Source: Neocallimastix sp. 'constans'
Taxonomy: Eukaryota
DNA: 64,000 nucleotides
Direction of reading: 5' to 3'
Assembly: GCA_050613775.1 (NCBI GenBank)
Contig: JBODTK010000129.1
Location: forward strand, 62,001 to 126,000
The translations under genes were made by a program, and so were the position numbers. Below the pieces are notes generated by a model that saw nothing but the letters and a program-made list of their open reading frames with translations, had not been told where the DNA came from and did not search any database. Positions 53,915 through 64,000 of this stretch are shown in pieces (position 1 is the stretch's first letter; each line of letters starts with the position of its first letter).

Positions 53915-55243
53915 TTAAGATTGTTTAGCTATTAATAATTGCTTTAACCAATATATTTCTCTTTTTGCTTCAGCTAATTCCTTTTCTAATTCACAACATT
54001 TACAACTTAAATCATGAGTTTGTTGCTTAAGCATAATTTCTGTAAACTTTTTTCTAGCTCTAAATCTTGCCGAGGCTTCCGTATTTCTTCTTCTTTTTTC
54101 TTCGGGATCTAAAACAGTTGATTTATTTCTAATAGTGGAGTTTTTAACATAAGTTTTTGGTGGATTAACCTTTAATGGTGGAGCCACTGTTCTTGCTATA
54201 TTAGTAAATCTTGATTTTATTTCTTTTGTTTTTGGTTTAATAGTTACAAGTTTCTTTTCTTCATTATTATTATTTATTAATGTGGATGATGGAATAGAAC
54301 TAGTTATAGTTGATGTATTAGATAATGATAAAGATGTCATTAAAGAAGATGAAATATTGGTTGAAGTAGGAGTACTAAAGTTTGAATTTGGATATGTCGT
54401 TGTACTTAATGATGAAGTAGGTTGAGGATAAGATATATTTGATGGGGAATTAGTTACACTAACTATTGACTGATTTAATAATGAATTATTTGTTACAGAA
54501 GATGCCGATATATCAATATGACTTGGTGAAGAGGTCAGTTCTCCTTTAATTTCAGCTTTTACTAATGGACTTAAACTTGCATCTTTACTAAGAATTGAAG
54601 ATGATGTGGAGATATCTTTTTGAGTATAAATTGGAAGTGAATTACTTTTTGTATATAACGTTGGTAAATTACTAATTATCTTATTATTATTCATAATAGA
54701 TAGAGAGGAAGGGTAAGTAGTTAAATTATTTATTTCAGAAGCTTTACTGTTACTTAAAATATAATTATAAGATTTGGTAGCTGAATTTAAAGAATTTTGT
54801 TGATTTTCATTTAAATTTTTCATATTTAATACTTCATATATATTATTAAAGTTATCTGTAGTTTGTTTTTCTACAGACACTGAATTATTCTTTTTAAATA
54901 AAATATAAATCAAATTATAAAATTAATTACTATATATTCTTTTTTGTTAAAATTCATAATATACTTTTTACTAAAAAATATTAACTAACTTTAATAATTA
55001 CTATTCTATATTTATATATATGTACATATATATATATATATATATATAATATATTTTACACTTACTAAAGTATTTATTGGATCAGGATTAGTTTCAAAAG
55101 GAATTTGTTGATTTGTTTTTTGATTATTTAATATTGATAAATTATTCAATACATTATAAACCGAGTTCACATTATCATCTTGATTCTTTATTAAATCATT
55201 ATTCTCATTATTGCTGTTAAATTGTCCATTTTGGATTAATAAA

Positions 55244-55274
<31 letters not shown>

Positions 55275-55851
55275 TGAAATCAGAAGGAATGATCATTGAA
55301 AGTGAATTACCTTTGTCAAAATATGATTCTTTTGACTTTACATTATTTGCTACATATGTGTTATTCGTTTGGTTTATATTATTCATTGTAATATTTTGCT
55401 GTATTAAATCATTAACTATAGTTGATTTTGGATTTAATGTTGATTTATTAAAGTTTTTAATATTTGGTTTATTATCATTTACTGGTTTATCATTAACATT
55501 TGTATTTAAATTAGCATATGTATTTAATTCTCCTATTATATCCATATTATCTTCTAAACATGGATAAAATTGAAGAGCATGAAGTGAACATAAATGCTCA
55601 TGATTTTGAGGTTGAATATGTTCAATTTTTTCATTTAGAGTTTCATTTTGTTCTGAGTATACATTTTTATTATTCTCTAACTTATCACAACCATAACACA
55701 TTTCATTAATAGATTTAAAGTGATGTTGATGGTTATGCTCAAGTAATTGACACAATGCCTCATAATTAGTAGGCATATGAAAGTTTGAGGGCAAATTTGT
55801 AGAACTATTACTTTCGTCCCCTAAAGTTTTGTCTTTATTATCTGATAACAT
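53915..55851 (-). CDS. bZIP transcription factor, MetR/Cys3/Zip1-like; exons 55851-55066 and 54889-53915
   Basis: Basic region EEKRRRNTEASARFRARKK plus zipper at the C-terminus. A GTAAGT...AAG intron joins the two ORFs in frame. Confidence 0.85.
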
Positions 55852-57219
55852 TGTACCAATATTATTTTTTAATAAAATATATTACTTATTATTCTAATAT
55901 ATTATTCAAATTCAATTTCTAAAAATATTATTTCTAAAAATATTAACTCTCTTTAATAATTTAAAATTATAAATATGTATATATATATATATATATATTT
56001 TTTTTTTTTAAATATTTTTTTCAGTTTTATTATTATTTTTTTTTTAAAAGAAAAAAAGAAATAAGGATAAAAAGTTAAAAATATTTTTAATGCAGTATAA
56101 ATTTTGTTTTGTTTAATTATTTATAAAAAATAATGATATAGATTTATGAAAAACAAAAACTATATTACTAATAATATATTAATATTAGTATAAATATATA
56201 TATAAATATAAATATTTGTATAAATAAAAATTAAAAATAAAAATAAAAATAAAAATACAAATATAAATTAAAATATGAATAATAATATAAAATACAATTA
56301 TATAATATAAGAAAATATAAATAATATTAAAAAACTTTGAAATATAATTAATTTATTATAATTTATTAAATAAAAGATTTTATAAATAAATATTAGTATA
56401 TTGTATTATATATTATTACATTAAAGTAAGAATATAATTGTATTGTAATTTTAGAATAAATATAGAAATTTTATTTTTATGTTTTATAATATTGTATTTT
56501 ATATTATTTTTATATTGTAATGATATATAATATTATACTTAGTAATATATTATCAATTAATTTTTTTTATTTTCATAGTATAATACAATTAAGAAAATTA
56601 AATCACTTTTCATTTTTTCATATAATAAAAAATTTTAAATGTATTAAAATGTATTACTATGTACAATTATATATGATTAATTGGTTTAATATTATTTTAT
56701 GATTTATAATATTTTATTTTCTTAACGATTATTGGCTAAAAAATAAAAGTGAAATTCGCAATTTTAATATAACCTTAATAACTTTAATTTTAATTGGAAA
56801 AATCATTTACAGATATTTGAATTAAAACTATTACTCTATATATTCTAATAAATTGTTATTATAATAATATATATATGAAAATGTGGATTAATTTCAAATT
56901 AAATTTTATAATATATATATATTTTATGAGATTACTCTATAATATTATTAAAAATATAAAATATAGAAAAAAAAAAAGATTGAAATTAGGAATAAAAGTT
57001 CATTTATTAAAATGAAAATAATAATTAAAGTCATACTTCATTAAGTTTTAATAAGTATTTAAAGTGTAAAAAAAAATATAATTTATAATAAAAAATAAAT
57101 TAATACTGATTAATTTTTTTATTATAAATGTAAAAACAGATAAAATCGTCTTTTTTTTTTTTTATTATTAATATTATTATTATTTTGTAATTAAAAGTTA
57201 AGAAATGTAAACTATTGTT

Positions 57220-57253
<34 letters not shown>

Positions 57254-59169
57254 TTTTATAATTGAAAGATGATATTGGTCATAAAAATTTATTTTATTTG
57301 TATTATCATTTTTATATATCTTTTATATACTAAATATTTTATAAAAAATAATGTTAATGCTATTTCTATAATAATATTTATAATAATTATAATAATGAAA
57401 TTAATAAAATTAATTCTTTAATCATTATTCTAATCATAATAATCATAGTAATAATTATAATAGTAATTATGAATTCATATTTATAGTAATAATGACAACA
57501 ACAATAATAATTATCTAATCATATTTATAATAATAATAGTAATGTTTGATAATAACAATTGTAATATATTTATAATAATAAAATAATGACAACTAAAAAA
57601 AAGAAAAAATACTAATTATAGCAATAGAAATAGAAATAATAATTTAAATAACAACAATAGACATCAGTAACAACAATAATAATATTGGTAATAATATTAT
57701 GAAAAAAAAAATAATAGAAAAATAATAATATGACAATTTATATATTATTAATGGGAAAAAAATATAATATTTCATAGAATAATAAATTCTTATTTGTTCT
57801 AATGTAATTATATTATTGAATAATTACTAAATGTAATGAACAATTGATTGCTTTGATAAATAAATAAATGTGATGATATTCATTAGTGCATAAGTTATAA
57901 ATACTATAATAATAAAAAATATAGAATATATATATAGAAAGAAATATTAATATTTTAAATTGTTTTGTAATATTTAAAAATTATTAAGTAAAAAAAAATA
58001 ATAAAAGGGAAAGAACAAATAAAGTTATGGAAGATAAAATTGAATAAATAGTATATTTTTTGTTATTTTATAATAGTGCAAAATATTTTTTTTAAAAATA
58101 ATAAAAAGAGATAAAAAATCTTTTTTATATAATATTAAATATTGTTAAAGGTAAGACACATAAATATCGTAAATATTATAAATATATTAAAATATCATAT
58201 TTACAGAAAATTATAGAAAATATTAAAATATTTTTATATATAAAAATATTTTAATATAATATATATATAATTATACAATTATATTTTTATAATAATAAAT
58301 TTAATATTATTTCTATTTATGTAATATTGATAAAATTAAATACAAAATAATAATAAAATAAAATAAAATAAAATAAAATAAAAATTATATTTAAATTAAT
58401 ATTATTATGTTATAACAATAAATTTATTAACATTATTTTTTTTTAGTAATACATATATTTTCAGGTGAGTTATTTCTTTTATTAAATTGTTTTATTATTA
58501 TATTATTGATATATATATATTGATGATATTAATAATAAATACTAAATAATTATATTAATAAAATAATAATAAAAAATTATTATTAGTAATACATACTATT
58601 ATTATTATTATTATTATTATTTTAATTATGTATATATTTTTTTCAGGTAAGTTTCTTCTTTATTTTAATTATTTTCATATGAATTATTAATAAAAATAAA
58701 ATTTATAAGAAGAAATAATTATATTGAAAAATAATGATAATAATATTAATAATAGAAATAAAGACAGTTGATATATATTATTATTATATATACATTAATA
58801 TTTATTGAATTTTACAAAAAATGTTGAACATTTCTTTTGACCAATTTTTTATTAAACAAAAAATACTATTTAAAAGTAATAATTATAAAAAATTAAAGTA
58901 TTAAATATTTTTGAATATTATTATTAAATAATAATATTATTTTATTATATTATTAATAAAAAATAATATAATGACAACAATAATTATTATCATTTAAATA
59001 ATTAATAAGATGGAAACATATATTATATATATACAAAAATAAAATAAGGTTATATTTAATATTTTACATATAAAAAAGTGGGGTTATGGGAAATATGTTT
59101 CTAATATTTTCTCGTAAACTTAAACAGATAATAAATATAATAATCATAAAACTATAAAATCAATTTTCG

Positions 59170-59240
<71 letters not shown>

Positions 59241-60807
59241 TTAAATATGTAATCTTATATAGTAAAATTATAGTTTTGGATAAATATTTTTAAAGATTTC
59301 TTTTTTTTTTTTTTTTTTGTTGGTATAGTATTATATTTTTTTAGGAGTATTATTAATTAAATAAAAATAGATACGGAAAATTTAGATACAAAATTTTATA
59401 TTTATTAAATATAATTTTAACCAATAAATTTTTTTGATATATTATATTTTAACTAGAACAATTAAAATTTTTTATATCAAGTAATAAATAATAAACTACT
59501 AATACATATATTATTAATAAATAATTATGGATATGGATAATAATATCAATATCAATATTAAATAATAATAACTATAATAATTAAATTAAATATAAATCAG
59601 GTGGTGAAGTAAATATTAATAAATTATAAATAAAATAAAATAAAAATTAAAGAATTAAAATTATATATAATATAAAAAAAAAAAAAAAAATAAATAAAAT
59701 AATTATTTTAATTTAAAATGAAATATAAGTTTTTATTAAATTTCAAGATTTAATATAATTTTAACAGAATGAATAAAAATTTAGTATGAAAAAATATATA
59801 TGTACTAAGATATATTAATCATAAAAATATTATTGATTTATTAATTTTAAAATTTAATAAATAGCAACAAATAAAGAATAAAGATTAGTTAATGTCTTTT
59901 TAATCAAATGAGATAAATTGAAATCAAATAAATTTAAATTTTATAAAATGGATACACATTTTTTTTTTTTAAACATTTATATTGTCAAGCATAAATACCA
60001 ATTTTCCATTATGTTTAAATAAAGATATGAATTCAATTAATAAATCTACCAATTTTTTATTTTTATTTATTATTATTATAAGGATCATAATATATATATT
60101 TAATAAATATTTGTTTTAAATGTCATTTATTCAATTAAATCGTATATAAAATTAGTAACACATATATTGTTAATACAACAAAATACATATAATGTAATAT
60201 TTTACATAATATATAATTTTTAGTTTGATGAAATATAAATTACATATTAAATATATATGTAATACAATGGATCTTATTCATGTATTCAATATTATTGTTG
60301 CTATAAATAACCAATAAATAACAAAATTATATATAATATATTAGAGTATATTAAAAATAAGATAGTAATTGATAACCAATTTAGATTAAGAAATACTCAG
60401 AAAGTATCTATTTAATTAGTATGCTAACATACATACATATATATCTAATTTTATTAATTATTTTATGAAATTTATTATTAATTTTTTTTTTTTTAATTAT
60501 TATTATTTAATATTAATTTTCGATTTTTATATAAAATATATATATATTTTTTTTTCAGTTATATGATTATAAATAAACTTGAAAATTAATACTAAAAAAA
60601 AAAAAACATTGGAATTTATATAATTATAATTATTATTATTATTATTATTATTATTTTTTTTTTTTTTTTTTTTTTTTAATTATTTAATATTTAGAAAAGT
60701 TAGAAAAGTCGATAAATAATTTTATTTTTTAAAATTAAAATTTATATAAATTCATAAAAGTTTAATTTATTAAAGTCGAATATAATTAATTTAATAACTA
60801 TTTTCTT

Positions 60808-60879
<72 letters not shown>

Positions 60880-61410
60880 CCATCGATTATATATAATCTA
60901 AATTATTATTATTATTATTATTTTTTTTTCCTTTTTATAATCTTTTTTTCTTCTTTCACTTTAGAATCCATATCTTTAAATTATTATTATTTCTATTATT
61001 ATTTTAATTCAATACAATATAATTTAAAAAATAATTAGATATGTCCCTGAAGAAAGAAGGAAAGTTTCAATTCTCCTTTATAATTTATAAGAGGTAATTC
61101 AGCAAAAATCATAATCCAAATGAAGTAACTAGGAATAATACTAACAGCCAATTATATAACAATGATATGAAGTAGTAAAATTTATTGTTTAATTCATAAA
61201 AAAAAATTGTTCTAACATAGAATTAAAAGAAACAATAGATAATATGATACGATTTTAAGATATTACCCAACAATATCATTTTTTTTTCAATGATTTAAAC
61301 AAACTAAAATTAAAACTTGAAAAGTTAATATCATTGTATCATTAACAACTAATAAATTTTTTGTTATTATAAATTGTTAACGTATTCAAGAAAATGGGCA
61401 CACAAATACA

Positions 61411-61447
<37 letters not shown>

Positions 61448-62604
61448 AGTAATAATTGAGAAAACAATAATAACAGGAATTTTTTAGGTAAAAACTAATT
61501 TCAATATAAATTTCAAATTGATAATATATAATGTGAGATACTTTTGTAAAAAAAAAAAAAATGAAATGTTAGTTATTCCAATCTACAAAATTAGGATATA
61601 TTGTTCCTTTTTATCAGTAACCAAAAAAAAAAAAAAAATAAAAATAAAAATAAAAATAATGATTTTTTTACTATCATTATTAAATTAAATTTTGGATTAT
61701 TTCAATTACAGAAAATGAAAAATATTGAAGGTTTTTTATTTTTCATTAACCAAATAGAAAATCATTAAAAGAAGTAGTACTTGGCAAAAGTTACACGAAA
61801 TTGTAATTCTTTATATTTTATTATAGTTATTAATAATTATTAATTTATCTATAGTTTTCATTATTTTAATATAATTTAATATATATATATATATATTTTT
61901 TTTTATTTTTTAAAAAATGTTTTTTATTATTTAATGTAATAATAATAATAATATATAATAATAATATATTATTATTATTATTATTAATTATAAAAATGTG
62001 AGGATTTAAATATATATAAATATAAACTATTAGTATTAATATTTATAATCTTATAATTTATTTAATTTTCAAATAAATTATTTTTATTGTAATTATTACT
62101 AATATATTAATATATTGCTTCAACAACATTAGCTACAGTTAAGCCTAATCTTAGACCACTCTTACGACCATGACCTTGATCACACGAATCTTAGAAGATC
62201 CAATATATGCCAAGATAACATCAAATTGAAAATCTTTTCAAATGATATATATAAATTTATTTATTTATAATCATACTTAATTTACAATATATATTATAAA
62301 TTTATAATATATATTGTAAATTAAGTATTCAAATTTATTTAAATACAATAATTTTTTTTTTATTAAAATAGTTTCATCATGCTAGTATTATTGAAGACTA
62401 TATTGAATTTTTATGTGAAAGATCTCAAAACAATACTTAAAAGCTATTAATCCTTATCTAATAAAAACCTTGGAATTTTGATATTGATAATTGAGGTTAT
62501 CTATTAATTAATTTGTAAATTTTATTTAAACTAACTTTATGATATTTAACATGTTTAATATTGGAGTAGATGAATGTAATTTATTTTATTCATTTCCATC
62601 CATA

Positions 62605-62661
<57 letters not shown>

Positions 62662-62913
62662 TTATATAAATAATAATATAATATCACAAAATAAATAGAT
62701 AGGGTTTCTGATTCTAATGCAATTGTAAATTTCATATCAAATGATTTTTTAAAATCTAAAGTATTTGTAATAAATTTTATTATGCTTTAGTTAAGAATCA
62801 TCTGAATTTTGTCTTGATTTATTCAATGGCATAATTTTAAGAGAAAATTATAAAAAAAATTTTTTTTATGTAATAAATATCAACATAGATATTTTTATTG
62901 ATAGTATTTGATA

Positions 62914-62962
<49 letters not shown>

Positions 62963-63119
62963 TAAATATGATGAAATGGAATAATAGTGCTAAAAAAAAG
63001 TAATAAGAATATTAAATGAAACTACCACTTCTACTACTTCATCGTTAAAATTAACTGGTGAGGGAAATAAATATATGCTTTAATTTGTTAAAAATTAAAA
63101 TAGATATTAATTTTCCTTT

Positions 63120-63177
<58 letters not shown>

Positions 63178-63744
63178 ATTAATTCATTTAATAAAGAGTA
63201 TAACTGAATCTGAAATTTTTTTTTTGTAAAACCCGAATTTAGATTTAGGCATAATATATATATATATATTAAATATTATTGAAACCTACAAAAGAATCAG
63301 TTATAGGAATACCATTAATTTCTAATGAATTAATTTTAAATGAATTTATTATTGAAAAGAAAAGTGTAAAATTAATATTTTTGATGCATAACTTTATAAC
63401 TTACAACAATTATTATTTAAAATAGTAAATTCAATTTAGTAGTAGTACATAAATAATAATAATATAATAATTCTAATAAATAATATTTATTAATATTAAA
63501 AGTTAACTTTTTAAATATTAAATGATTTTATTATGCTTTAAATTTATTTTATTTTATTATTTACTTGTTTAATTATTTATTTTGTTTATATTTTATTATT
63601 TTATTATTAATTTAAAAAATACAAAATTAAACATATATGTTTATAATATAGGATAAAATAAATATTATTTATGTATTTTTTTAACAAACAGTTTATTTAG
63701 AATATGGTACTTTACTTTTATTTGATTTATTTTTATTATTATTA

Positions 63745-63777
<33 letters not shown>

Positions 63778-64000
63778 ATATTTAATATAATTAAAATTTA
63801 TTATAATATTTAAAGAGATAGATACATGTTTTTTAAAATTAATAATTAATATTTCAATGGATTTTCCATTTTAAAAGTTAATGAAATAATTTAATGAAGA
63901 AAAATTATATTTAAGTGAAGAAATATATTATTGGTATATAAGATGTTATTATTATCATATTTTTAATAATTCATTAACATTTAAATTCTAATTTTTATGT

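Noticed and set aside
62700..62760. SDSNAIVNFISNDFL resembling a gypsy protease motif
   Set aside because: The catalytic D(S/T)G is not intact and there are no neighbouring gag or RT remnants.

Overview
An extremely AT-rich, intron-dense eukaryotic window. Composition, short GT-AG introns and gene content suggest an early-diverging fungus, probably an anaerobic gut fungus (Neocallimastigomycota); this is an inference. Spliced genes I could reconstruct by hand: a Kcs1-like inositol pyrophosphate kinase (+), a ~37-exon kinesin-7/CENP-E-like motor ending in a CaaX box (+), YAE1 (-), an unusually divergent ubiquitin-eL40 fusion (-), an uncharacterised protein of five Cys6His2 repeats (+), a degenerate TKL-like kinase with an E/K/R-rich helix and 38-aa repeats (+), and a MetR/Cys3-type bZIP factor (-). 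Decayed sequences: an LRR pseudogene with one repeat per exon and an ALY/Yra1-like RRM fragment. Mobile DNA: a 5'-truncated LINE with a second LINE nested inside it, two short TSD-flanked retroposed inserts that share a 3' motif (one poly-A-tailed, one poly-T-tailed), and two truncated Ty1/copia elements joined back to back. The most interesting leads are the Cys6His2 repeat protein, the divergent Ub-eL40, and the GTCTAT-terminated retroposon group. All alignments and splice models were made by eye, so coordinates may be off by a few bases.
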